A DNA stretch of 64,000 bases. Source: an uncultured Pseudomonadota bacterium (GTDB lineage: Bacteria > Pseudomonadota > Alphaproteobacteria > JACZXZ01). This document shows positions 41,401-49,774 of this stretch, in pieces (within the stretch, counting starts at the first letter, position 1; each line of letters starts with the position of its first letter). Under the pieces are notes generated by a model. It was not told the DNA's origin. It searched no databases and worked only from the letters and a program-made list of their open reading frames with translations. Location of the stretch: assembly GCA_963749075.1 (NCBI GenBank), contig CAVVLJ010000017.1, forward strand, positions 832,001 to 896,000. Reading direction: 5' to 3'. Made by a program: the position numbers and the translations under genes.

Positions 41401-41914
41401 CATGGCGCTGCTCAAGAGGCGCATGCACGCGGCGGTCTCCTGGTCCTCGGACTACGAGCAGCTGGCGCGGCTCGAGCTCGAGCTCGGACACGCGGGCGAG
41501 GCGCTCGCCTCGGCGAGCTCGGCGATCGCACTCGCTCCCGGCAAAGGCGGGCTCTACCTCCTGCGCCGCGACATCGAGAAGGGGCTCGGGCGAAGCGAGA
41601 GACTTGCCACCCTCCATCTCGCCGCGGGCTACCGCGCGGGCGGCGACGCTCTGGCGCGCAACGGCCGGTATGGCCCGGCGCTGGCGTTCTACATGCGGGC
41701 ACTCAAGACCGTCGCGTCGCTCGCGGGCGCCGAGGACGACGACGAGCGCTTCGAGCTCGAGGCGTGCATGCGAACGCTCTCCGAGTTCCTCACCGCGAGA
41801 TATTCCGAGGACTACGCCAGCCGGTTCTGGCGCAGCATTGCCGCTGCCGCATTCCTCGAGGGCCGCCGCGAGCTCGTCGACGCGGAGGCTCGCCGGGTCG
41901 AAACGGAGCATTGA
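38456..41914 (+). CDS. nSTAND1-type NTPase with TM helix and C-terminal TPR array
   Basis: PFPGLRPF..FFGRE, Walker A GSSGSGKSSLVRAGL, Walker B VVVDQFEELF, LTMRSDF, LPILQHAL, HESLIRGW; hydrophobic VTAAVTFALAVVALLVVYAWG; TPR-like repeats. Confidence 0.88.
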   Translation: MPDEPRLHPFPGLRPFETDEEYLFFGREGQSEEILRRLRRNRFLAVVGSSGSGKSSLVRAGLLPYLYGGFLAKAGSHWRVAIFRPGSDPLGGLARALNDAAVLGAGGLSAEDAARNAVLLEVTLRRSGLGLIEAVRLARLEGHENVLVVVDQFEELFRYAAAGGAPSKEGDADAFVKLLLEASGQSGLPIYVVLTMRSDFIGDCARFRDLPEAVTAGLFLIPRMTRDQRRAAIEEPVHVAGAEISRRLVNRLLNDVGDNPDQLPILQHALMRGWDYWTARAGEGRPLDLEDYQAIGGMAEALSRHADEAYDGLADERQRQIARRVLQCLTEKGTDNRETRHPSTVAAIAAAAGVEAAEVIAVVEAFRRPGRSFLTPSAEVPLEASSVIDISHESLIRGWRRLKGWVEEEAESARVYRRLAETAALRAQGQAGLWHDPDLAHALSWQARERPNAAWAERYHLGFEAAMAFLEESRVARDAEKAAEERRRNEALRRARRVTAAVTFALAVVALLVVYAWGQKRQAEEKQREATLAAEDLRVEARQSRRQLFSDQQTITAMTDTLIDNAALEGTLYPRRRKVTALTEIGDHEGAIAQLDTILAADPENLASIFDRGYEYLLVGRPEKAISDIRKYLGKHEEWNAYSNLAIAEAMRRNYGAAIKAIEQAIAHHDPTSLNIFDSEVAPEIQEATRHTILFADSASLFVALHYELAVLYAFTGDPRFEKALDEANAEEGKFRGSSDAYLLALNWAWLDVRAQERDENGELIDYGVYAGKGALWERAALSRPRYGDWARQSFLAFQKAYAARPEPRYAALAEWVARQLGSQELGGGETMAAESEDPRDMELRAEELESRTWGEDPMSHAEAQRSYSSAIELLEKEVAGNDLRRRDLLIALHLRRGQMRLDVNDAKGARDDAKRVIALDGTVSDAYRLLARTDLDDKERRGDYEAALKYDPANPDALQDYADMLERTAPGPQRQADLEHAMALLKRRMHAAVSWSSDYEQLARLELELGHAGEALASASSAIALAPGKGGLYLLRRDIEKGLGRSERLATLHLAAGYRAGGDALARNGRYGPALAFYMRALKTVASLAGAEDDDERFELEACMRTLSEFLTARYSEDYASRFWRSIAAAAFLEGRRELVDAEARRVETEH

Positions 41915-41929
41915 AGGAGCGGCGGAGCG

Positions 41930-43069
41930 TCACTTCTTCGCCTTGTCCGTGGGCGGCGCCACGCCGTAGGCCGTCTCCAGCAGCTGCGCGGACTTCTCCT
42001 CCTTCTCCTGGCGCAGCACGGCCGCGAGATCCCTGACGATGGCGGCGACGCTCGCGCTCCCCTTGCCCTCGACCGCCTCGTAAATGGCGAGCGCGTGACG
42101 GAAGTTCTGCTCGGCCTCCTTGAGCCTCTCCTCCTGCCACGAGTAGAGGCGCGCCAGCTCGAAATAGCGGTAGCCCGTCACGCGGAGGTCGGGCCAGTCG
42201 TGGTCGAAGGTCGCGGTGACGTCGCGAAGCAGCTCCTCGGCCTCCTTGAAATCGCGCGCGGCGGCCGGCCCCTCCTTCTTCGCGCGATGCCGGTAGCCGC
42301 TCGTCATGTCGAGCTCCGCCAGCTTGAATTTGACCGTGAGAGGGTCGTCCTCGCCGAGCATATTGCTCGCGGCAGCCAGGCGATTGAGCGAAAAGCGCCG
42401 GCTGCCCTCCATGAGCTGAGCGTTCTTGCTGTCCGCCGTTGCCCAGATCTTGAGCGCCGCGCGGTCGTCCTCCTTGGCCTCGTCGAGGCGGCCCTCCTCT
42501 TCGAGAATGATGCCGTGCCAGGCAAGCGTGAGGGCGGTCCTGGTGTCGCCTTCGGCCAGCAGCTTCCGCTGGAGCGCCAGCTCGACAAGGCGGCAGAGCT
42601 CGGCTTCCTTGAGCCGGAGGGCCTCCTTGCGCCGGCTGTCGTCGCTCTCGGGACCGTCGTCGAGCGCTCTCCAGCGCGAGAAGTAGTTGTAGGCCAGCCG
42701 CGCGAAGCTGTTCGCCGCGGGCAGCAGCGCTGCATCCGCCGACGCGAGGCCCGGCGGTGCCTGGCGGGCAAAAATGTCCTCGGCCCGCTTGTTGCCGAGG
42801 TCGATCTCGGTGAAATCCAGCATGAGCTGCGTGAGCGCGGGACGCGGACCGGCGGGATCCCTCTCCTTGGCGACGTCGCCCGCGGCCATCAGCAGCGCCT
42901 CGGCGCCGGCGAAATCGTCGGCCGCGGTCGCGTCGACTGCGGCATCGACGTAAGCCTGCCAGGGATCGGCGGCGGCTGCCGCGCGCCCCGGCGCAGCCAG
43001 GGCGCAGGCCAGGAGGAGCAGGAGCGCCGCCGTCAGGGAGCTGCCGCGGCGGCGCAGCGCTGCGATCAA
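41930..43069 (-). CDS. Exported TPR protein
   Basis: Signal-like LTAALLLLLACALAAPGRAAA; repeats such as EAEQNFRHALAIYE and AKEDDRAALKIW; start uncertain. Confidence 0.68.
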   Translation of the reverse strand: MIAALRRRGSSLTAALLLLLACALAAPGRAAAAADPWQAYVDAAVDATAADDFAGAEALLMAAGDVAKERDPAGPRPALTQLMLDFTEIDLGNKRAEDIFARQAPPGLASADAALLPAANSFARLAYNYFSRWRALDDGPESDDSRRKEALRLKEAELCRLVELALQRKLLAEGDTRTALTLAWHGIILEEEGRLDEAKEDDRAALKIWATADSKNAQLMEGSRRFSLNRLAAASNMLGEDDPLTVKFKLAELDMTSGYRHRAKKEGPAAARDFKEAEELLRDVTATFDHDWPDLRVTGYRYFELARLYSWQEERLKEAEQNFRHALAIYEAVEGKGSASVAAIVRDLAAVLRQEKEEKSAQLLETAYGVAPPTDKAKK

Positions 43070-43242
43070 GCGGCGACGGCAGCAGAAATGCCCCGTCGCC
43101 GCGCCAGCGCGCAGACCCGAGTGGAATTCCGCCTGCAAGGGTGAGGCACCTCCGCTCGCGCCATGATGCCACGAGCACTCCCTTGCGCCAAGACCAGCGC
43201 GGCGATTGCAGGCGCGCGGCGCGCCGCCGATCGGGTTCAATT

Positions 43243-43305
43243 CAATTATACGTGATATAATTGTCCAATAAGCACGTTTGACACGTCCATTTCGGATATT
43301 ATCGT
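43243..43305. promoter_or_regulatory. AT-rich operator-like inverted repeat and probable promoter
   Basis: CAATTATA-CGTGA-TATAATTG (43243-43263); TTGACA (43278-43283) with TATCGT 16 nt downstream. Confidence 0.5.
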
Positions 43306-43419
43306 CATGAGGGGCGCCGCTGCGAGCTGGATCGCTTACGGGCGCCTTACAAGACCCGCCGAAGCGCAGTCTGCGCCCGGCGTCGCGCGTAGAAGGATAG
43401 AGAGCAAGCGAGGCCGCAC

Positions 43420-43608
43420 ATGCCGATCGAACCCCTTCGCAGTTGGCGCCATGCGGGCGACGAGCCCGCACTCCACGAAGTTCTCGCCGACCCGCTGGTG
43501 CATCTCGTGATGCGCCGCGACGGGATCACGGCCGGCGAATTGCAGAGCGCCATCGAGGGCGCACGCGCGAGCCTGCGGAGGGGTGTTTGTCCGTGCGCCG
43601 TTGCCTGA
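43420..43608 (+). CDS. Small conserved hypothetical protein
   Basis: EPALHEVLADPLVHLVMRRDG pattern recalled from small alphaproteobacterial proteins; GAGG RBS. Confidence 0.65.
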   Translation: MPIEPLRSWRHAGDEPALHEVLADPLVHLVMRRDGITAGELQSAIEGARASLRRGVCPCAVA

Positions 43609-43848
43609 GCGCGGGCCGGCCGAGCCGTGAGCGACGGGCCGCGCACACGTGGAAGTGAACGCGATTCCGCGCGCGCGGCCGCCTCGCCGCTTTCCGCCTC
43701 AGCGGCAAGTTGCTATCATTTGTCTCGAGTGCGCGCTCGTCCGGGCAGCGCCGGCCGACGGCATGGTTTCCTTGCGGCTGCGGCGCCAGTACTTTGAGCG
43801 CCGCGCTTCGGCCACCGCCAATCCGCCAGCCGCTCACGGAGGGTTCTG

Positions 43849-44598
43849 ATGGCGCAGCATGACGCATTCGGCCGCGCGCGCCGCGCTTTCCTGCGCCTCG
43901 CCGCCGCCACGGCGCTCATGGCCACGGCACGGCCGCTCGCCGCCTCCGCGCAATCGGCCGGCGCTGCCGCGCTCAAGATCGGCGTCATCGGCTCGGGCCG
44001 CCTCGGGGGCACGGTCGGCTCGCTGTGGGTCAAGGCGGGCCACCCGGTGCTGTTCTCCTCGCGCAAGCCCGAGGAGCTCAAGGGCCTCGTCGAGAGCCTC
44101 GGGCCGCTGGCGCGCGCCGGCACCGTGGCGGAGGCCATCGCATTCGGAGAGGCGATCCTCGTCGCCGTGCCCTACGCAGCACTACCGCAGCTCGGCCGCG
44201 ATTACGCCGCGGCACTCGCCGGCAAGGTGGTGCTCGACGCCTGCAATGCGATCGCCGCCCGCGACGGCGAGATCGCAAACGAGGCGAAGGAGAAAGGCGT
44301 CGGCCTGACCAGCGCCAAATACCTGCCGGGCGTGCGCCTGGTGCGCGCCTTCAACACCTTGTCCTACAGGGTCCTCTTGAGCGACGCGCACCGCGCCGGA
44401 GCGCCCGTGGCGATCCCCCTTGCCGGCGACGACCCCGCGGCGCTCAAGGTGGCCTCGCTTCTGGTGCGCGATGCCGGCTTCGATCCGGTGGTGGTGGGTC
44501 CGCTCGCGCGCGCCAGCGATTTTGCCAGCGGAACGCCGGTCTACCTGCAGGAGCTGACGGCGCCGGAGCTGCGTCGGCGCCTGTCGGTCAAAGAGTAA
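43849..44598 (+). CDS. Tat-signal NADP oxidoreductase (F420-dependent NADP reductase family)
   Basis: ARRAFL Tat motif and AxA site; KIGVIGSGRLG, FSSRKP, VAVPY, LDACN, LVRAFNT, AGDD. Confidence 0.88.
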   Translation: MAQHDAFGRARRAFLRLAAATALMATARPLAASAQSAGAAALKIGVIGSGRLGGTVGSLWVKAGHPVLFSSRKPEELKGLVESLGPLARAGTVAEAIAFGEAILVAVPYAALPQLGRDYAAALAGKVVLDACNAIAARDGEIANEAKEKGVGLTSAKYLPGVRLVRAFNTLSYRVLLSDAHRAGAPVAIPLAGDDPAALKVASLLVRDAGFDPVVVGPLARASDFASGTPVYLQELTAPELRRRLSVKE

Positions 44599-44605
44599 GC
44601 CCGCC

Positions 44606-45949
44606 ATGGCTGAGAGCGACGGCACCACCACCTTGCACCGCTGGGTCGCGCGGGCGGTTCCGGTGACGCCGGCGGAGCTCGCGGCACTGCTCTGGTCCTT
44701 CGCCTATTTCTTCTCGCTCCTCGCCGGCTACTACGTGCTGCGGCCGCTGCGCGACCAGATGGGCATCGCCGGCGGCGTGCGCAACCTGCCGTGGATGTTC
44801 ACCGCGACCTTCCTCGTGCTGCTCCTCGCCCAGCCGCTCTATGGCGCGCTCGTGGCGCGGCTGCCGCGCGCGCGCTTCATTCCCACCGTCTATCACTTCT
44901 TCGTCGTCAACCTCGCGGCCTTCTGGGTGCTCCTCACGCTCCACGTCGCCACCGTCGAGGTGGCGCGCGTCTTCTTCGTCTGGGTCAGCGTCTTCAACCT
45001 CTTCGCGATCACGGTGTTCTGGTCCTTCATGGCCAACATCTTCACGAGCGAGCAGGGCAAGCGCCTCTTCGGCTTCATCGGCGCCGGCGGCACCGCGGGA
45101 GCGCTCCTGGGGCCGATCATCACGATCTGGCTCTCGGTCCCGCTCGGGCCGGTCAATCTCCTCATCGCCGCGGCCGTCCTCCTCGAATTCGCCGTCCTGT
45201 GCGCGCGCCGCCTGGAGAGGGCCGCGCGTGCCGGGGGCCACGTGCCTGAAGCGCCGCGCGCGGCCGCAGCCACAGCACCCGACGCCGAGCAGGCGCGCAT
45301 CGGCGGCAGCGCCTTCGCCGGCCTCATCGAGGTCTGCCGCTCGCCCTATCTCCTCGGCATCGCCGCCTGGGTCAGCCTGCTCTCCTTCACCGGCACCTTC
45401 CTTTATTACCAGCAGGCGAACATCGTCTCGGCGACCATCCATGGCGCGGGCGCGCAGACGCGGCTCTTCGCCGGCATCGATCTTGCGGTCAGCCTTCTTA
45501 CGCTGGCGACGCAATCCTTCGCCACCGGGCGCCTCCTCAAGCGCTTCGGCATCGCACCGGCGGCGGCGGCACTGCCCGCCGTCTATGTCGTGGCCTTCTC
45601 CGTCTTGGCCGTCGTACCCGGCCTCGCCGCCGTGGTCTTCTTCCAGACCATCCAGCGCATGATGAATTTCGCGATCTCCAACCCGGCGCGGCAGGTCTTC
45701 TACACCGTGGTCGCGCGCGAGGAGAAGTACAAGGCGAAGAACCTCATCGACGTGGTCGTCTTCCGCGGCTCGGATGCGCTCTACGGCTGGCTCTTCCTCA
45801 GCCTGCAGACGCTCGGCCTCAAGCTCGCCGCGATCGCCGCCTTCGCCATCCCGGTGGCGCTCGGCTGGTTCGTGCTATCGGCAGCGCTCGGCCGCACGCA
45901 GGAGCGCCGCGCCGCACTCATTGCTCCGCAGCCGGCGCAAGGAGACTGA
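44606..45949 (+). CDS. MFS-fold NTP/NDP exchange transporter homologue (Npt/TLC, AAA family)
   Basis: YYVLRPLRD, FWSFMANIFTSEQGKRLFG, EEKYKAKNLIDVVVFRGSD; multi-TM. Confidence 0.8.
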   Translation: MAESDGTTTLHRWVARAVPVTPAELAALLWSFAYFFSLLAGYYVLRPLRDQMGIAGGVRNLPWMFTATFLVLLLAQPLYGALVARLPRARFIPTVYHFFVVNLAAFWVLLTLHVATVEVARVFFVWVSVFNLFAITVFWSFMANIFTSEQGKRLFGFIGAGGTAGALLGPIITIWLSVPLGPVNLLIAAAVLLEFAVLCARRLERAARAGGHVPEAPRAAAATAPDAEQARIGGSAFAGLIEVCRSPYLLGIAAWVSLLSFTGTFLYYQQANIVSATIHGAGAQTRLFAGIDLAVSLLTLATQSFATGRLLKRFGIAPAAAALPAVYVVAFSVLAVVPGLAAVVFFQTIQRMMNFAISNPARQVFYTVVAREEKYKAKNLIDVVVFRGSDALYGWLFLSLQTLGLKLAAIAAFAIPVALGWFVLSAALGRTQERRAALIAPQPAQGD

Positions 45950-45950
45950 C

Positions 45951-46865
45951 ATGACCCGCCTCACCAGACGCGATTTCACGGCGCTTGCCGCAGGGCTGGG
46001 TGCTGCCTCGCTGCTGCCGACGCTCGCCTCGGCACAGGGCTCTGCCCCAGCCGTCATTGCCAAGACCATTCCCTCGAGCGGCGAGCGCCTGCCGGCGGTC
46101 GGCCTCGGCACCTCGGGCGTCTTCGACGTAGGCAGCGACGCGGCAAAGCGCGCGGTCCTCGCCGAGGTGGTGCACAACCTCGTCGCCGGCGGTGGCAAGA
46201 TCATCGACACCGCCTCGACCTACGGCTCCTCCGAGGGGGTGGTGGGCGACCTCGTGGCCGCGGCCAAGCTGCGCAAGGACGTCTTCATCGCGACCAAGCT
46301 CGAGTCGCCGGACGCGGCCGAGCTCAAGCAGTCGCTCACGCGGCTGCATACCCCGCAGGTCGACCTCCTCCAGCTCCACAATGTCAACGAGAAAGGCCAG
46401 TCGCTCGCGCAGTTCCGCGACTGGAAATCCAAAGGCGTGTGCCGCTACATCGGCATCACGTCTACCTTCCACGGCGATTTCGGCGCCGTCGAGGCGGTGC
46501 TGCGGCGCGAGAAGCCGGATTTCGTGCAGATCGACTACTCGCTCGACGACCGCGAGGCGGAGAAGCGGGTGCTGCCGCTCGCCCTCGAGGTGAAGGCCGC
46601 CGTGCTGACCGCGCTGCCCTACGGCCGCGGCCGCCTCTTCCGCGCCGTGCACGGCAAGCCGCTGCCCGATTGGGCGAAGGAGTTCGACGCCGCGAGCTGG
46701 GGGCAATTCTTCCTCAAGTACCTCATCGGCAACGAGGCGGTGACGGCGGTCATTCCGGGCACCGCCGATCCGGCGCACATGAACGACAATCTGGGCGCCA
46801 TGCGCGGCCGCCTGCCCGACGCGGCCGAGCGCGCGCGCATGGTCGCGTTCGTGCAGTCGCTGTAA
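45951..46865 (+). CDS. Tat-signal aldo/keto reductase
   Basis: TRRDF Tat motif; VGLGT, IDTASTYG, FIATK, DLLQLHN, VIPGT; starts 1 nt after the transporter stop. Confidence 0.9.
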   Translation: MTRLTRRDFTALAAGLGAASLLPTLASAQGSAPAVIAKTIPSSGERLPAVGLGTSGVFDVGSDAAKRAVLAEVVHNLVAGGGKIIDTASTYGSSEGVVGDLVAAAKLRKDVFIATKLESPDAAELKQSLTRLHTPQVDLLQLHNVNEKGQSLAQFRDWKSKGVCRYIGITSTFHGDFGAVEAVLRREKPDFVQIDYSLDDREAEKRVLPLALEVKAAVLTALPYGRGRLFRAVHGKPLPDWAKEFDAASWGQFFLKYLIGNEAVTAVIPGTADPAHMNDNLGAMRGRLPDAAERARMVAFVQSL

Positions 46866-47009
46866 GCGGCGCTGACGGACGGCGGCGGCAGGCACGGCGC
46901 CGCCCGTTGCGGATATCTCCGAACGTAACTATGTTGCTGCTGCGGCGTCGCCCGCGCCGGGGCATCCGCCGCGCCTCGGCAATTCGCAACTGACACTATG
47001 GGAAGCGCC

Positions 47010-47522
47010 ATGAGAACGACCGCAATGCGCCTTGTGCCGCTCCTCTCCCTCATCCTGGTCCTCTCGGCAGCGCCGATCGCGCGCGCGGCGGCGCCGGATC
47101 CCATGCTGGTGAACCGGGTCGTGGCACTCGTGAACGAGGCCCGCCAGCAACAGGGGCTGGCTCCCGTGGTCATCAACGGGAAGCTCATGCAGGTCGCCCA
47201 GGCCTTTGCCGAGGATCTCGCGAGCCGCCGCACGCTCGCGCACACCGACGCAGAGGGCCGCGACATCGGCCAGCGCTTCATGGCCGCCGACTACGTCTAT
47301 TCGCTGGCCAACGAGGCGGTCTACGGCGGCACCTCCAGCCCCGACGAGGCCGTGGCCACGCTGCTCTCGCAAGCCGGCAACCGCGACGCGCTCCTCAATC
47401 CGGCCGCTCACGACGTGGGCGTCGGCTATGCCTTCCGGCCCGACGACACGGCGAACCTCGGCCTCGGCTCCTATTGGGTGATCGATCTCGGCACTCAGGT
47501 CGAGCGCGGCCCGGGCCCGTGA
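47010..47522 (+). CDS. CAP/SCP-domain secreted protein
   Basis: Signal peptide; LVNEARQQQGLAP..LMQVAQAFAEDL..LAHT..ALLNP..VGVG..YWVIDLG. Confidence 0.82.
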   Translation: MRTTAMRLVPLLSLILVLSAAPIARAAAPDPMLVNRVVALVNEARQQQGLAPVVINGKLMQVAQAFAEDLASRRTLAHTDAEGRDIGQRFMAADYVYSLANEAVYGGTSSPDEAVATLLSQAGNRDALLNPAAHDVGVGYAFRPDDTANLGLGSYWVIDLGTQVERGPGP

Positions 47523-47537
47523 GCCGCCGGCGCGCCC

Positions 47538-48647
47538 TCATTTCGTGACGGTCACCGGCGCGCTCAGATAGCGCTCCACCACCGCCATGTCGGGATCGCA
47601 GCCGAGGCCCGGCCCCTCGGGCACCGCGACCTTGCCGCCCTTCGCTTGCAGCGCGGCGCCGAAGGGGCTCGCCTCGAGCTCGAGATAGAGGCGCTCGAAG
47701 GGCGCCTCGTGGGGAAGCGTTGCGGCGAGATGCAGCGAGGCGAGATAACCCGGGCCGAAATAGGCGCAGTGCGGCACCAGGCGCACGCCGAACGCCTCGG
47801 CGAGCGCCACCACCTTCCGCATCTCGCTGATACCGCCGATCTTGGTGACGCTCGGCTGCGCCACGTCGATGGCACCCGCCTCGAACATGTGGCGGAAATC
47901 GTGGAGGCCGCTCGCGTTCTCGCCGGCGGCGAGCGGGATGCCGCACGCGCGCACGCGCGCCAGGCCGCGGTGATCCTCGGGCGGCCACACCGGCTCCTCG
48001 AGCCAGGCGAGACGAAGGGGGAGGAGCGCTTCGGCCATCTCGCGCGCCTCGGCCACCGACCATGGGCAGTTGGTATCGAGCATCAAGGCGACATCGGCGC
48101 CGAGCGCCTCGCGCGCGGCGGCGACCGGCGCCAGCGTGATCTCGTGGAGCTTGACGGCGCGGTAGCCCTCCTGGGCCGCGCGCGCCGCCGTCTCGCGCAC
48201 GCTGCGCGGCTCGCCGTAGCGCAGCAGGCTCGCATAGGCGCTGAGCTCGCGCCGCGCGCTGCCGCCGAGGAGCTCGAAGAGCGGCCGGCCGCAGCGCTTG
48301 CCGGCAATGTCCCAGAGGGCGATGTCGATCGCCGAGAGGCCGTAGACGACCGGGCCGTTGCGTCCGAAGAGGTGGAGCTTCTGCGCCATCTCCGCCATGA
48401 GCGCCGTGATGTCGCCCGCCTCGCGGCCGATGAAGTGGGGAGCGATCAGCGTATCGATGGCCGTCTTGGTGGCGGGAGCTACGGCATGCCCGAAGCCCTC
48501 GCCCCAGCCGCTCAAGCCCTCGTCGGTCTCGAGCTTGACGAGAAGCATGGCCATGCGGCTCCAGCTTTGCCCCGCGAGCATCTGGGTCGCGGCACCGGTG
48601 GCGAAGGGAATATGGGCGAGGAGGGTCGAGATCGCCGTGATCTTCAT
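47538..48647 (-). CDS. Mandelate racemase/muconate lactonizing enzyme family protein
   Basis: ETDEGLSGWGE, SAIDIALWDIAGK, LMLDTN, WLEEP, AAGEN, QPSVTKIGG. Confidence 0.9.
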   Translation of the reverse strand: MKITAISTLLAHIPFATGAATQMLAGQSWSRMAMLLVKLETDEGLSGWGEGFGHAVAPATKTAIDTLIAPHFIGREAGDITALMAEMAQKLHLFGRNGPVVYGLSAIDIALWDIAGKRCGRPLFELLGGSARRELSAYASLLRYGEPRSVRETAARAAQEGYRAVKLHEITLAPVAAAREALGADVALMLDTNCPWSVAEAREMAEALLPLRLAWLEEPVWPPEDHRGLARVRACGIPLAAGENASGLHDFRHMFEAGAIDVAQPSVTKIGGISEMRKVVALAEAFGVRLVPHCAYFGPGYLASLHLAATLPHEAPFERLYLELEASPFGAALQAKGGKVAVPEGPGLGCDPDMAVVERYLSAPVTVTK

Positions 48648-48833
48648 GGGGCGGCAGCCTCCCTTGTGCGCGCCGGGGCGCGCGGCGGGCGAGGATAGCC
48701 CATTCGAATCGAGGCTCGCCAGCGCCCCGCCGACGAGGGCGGCACGATTCAGCTCCGCTGGCGTTCGTGCTAGACTCGCCTGCCCGCGGCCCGTTCGGGT
48801 CGCTGCGGCCGGTCTCGGCAGACGGGGGGAAGC

Positions 48834-49706
48834 ATGTGGCGGATCATGTTGGGCATCGTGGTTGCAGCACTCCTCTTGGGTGAGGCCAACGCCCAGCAGC
48901 AGCAGAAGCGGGCGGCAGCCGCCTGGATCACCGACAAGAAGGGCTGCCGCGTGTGGGACCCGGAGCCCAAGCCGGACGAGAGCGCCGCCTGGGACGGGCC
49001 TTGCCCGAACAACGTCGCCAGCGGAAAGGGCGTGCTGCAATGGTATCAGGGCGGCAAGCCGACCGATCGCTATGAGGGCGAGTACGGCGATGGGCGGCCC
49101 AACGGCAAGGGCGTCTATATCTGGGCGAACGGCAATCGCTACGAGGGCGAGTTCAAGAACGCGCTGCCGAGCGGCCACGGCGTCGTCGCGATGGCGAGCG
49201 GCTCGCGCTACGAGGGCGAGTGGGCGGAGGGCAGACCTAACGGCCACGGCGTCTATCAATGGTCGAACGGCAACCGCTACGAGGGCGAATTCAAGAACGC
49301 GCTGCCGAACGGCGAGGGCGTCGCCACCACGACAAGCGGCTTCCGCTACGAGGGCGAGTGGAAGGACGGGCTGCCCAACGGCCACGGCGTCAAAGCCTGG
49401 GCGAGCGGCGAGCGCTACGACGGCGAGCTCAAGAACAATCAGCGCAACGGGCCGGGCGTCTTCGTCTATGCCGACGGCAGCCGCTACGACGGCGAATGGC
49501 AGGACGGGCGCCGCAACGGCCGCGGCGTCTACGCCTGGACGAACGGCAACCGCTACGAGGGCGAGTGGAAGGACGATCGCGCCGAGGGTCAGGGAACCTA
49601 CCGCACGGCTGCGGGCGAGGTTTTCACCGGCACGTGGAAGGCCGGCTGCTTCCGGGAGGGCAAGCGCAGTGCCTGGGTTGACATCGCGAAGCCGGCATGC
49701 AAGTGA
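48834..49706 (+). CDS. Secreted MORN-repeat protein (one module)
   Basis: Signal peptide; tandem YEGE(W/F)KxGxPNGxG repeats. Confidence 0.88.
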   Translation: MWRIMLGIVVAALLLGEANAQQQQKRAAAAWITDKKGCRVWDPEPKPDESAAWDGPCPNNVASGKGVLQWYQGGKPTDRYEGEYGDGRPNGKGVYIWANGNRYEGEFKNALPSGHGVVAMASGSRYEGEWAEGRPNGHGVYQWSNGNRYEGEFKNALPNGEGVATTTSGFRYEGEWKDGLPNGHGVKAWASGERYDGELKNNQRNGPGVFVYADGSRYDGEWQDGRRNGRGVYAWTNGNRYEGEWKDDRAEGQGTYRTAAGEVFTGTWKAGCFREGKRSAWVDIAKPACK

Positions 49707-49774
49707 CTGCGGCGCGCGGCACGGGGGCGGGGCCACCGCTTGCCGCCGCGGGTATGCGTGAGAAGAGACGGCGC

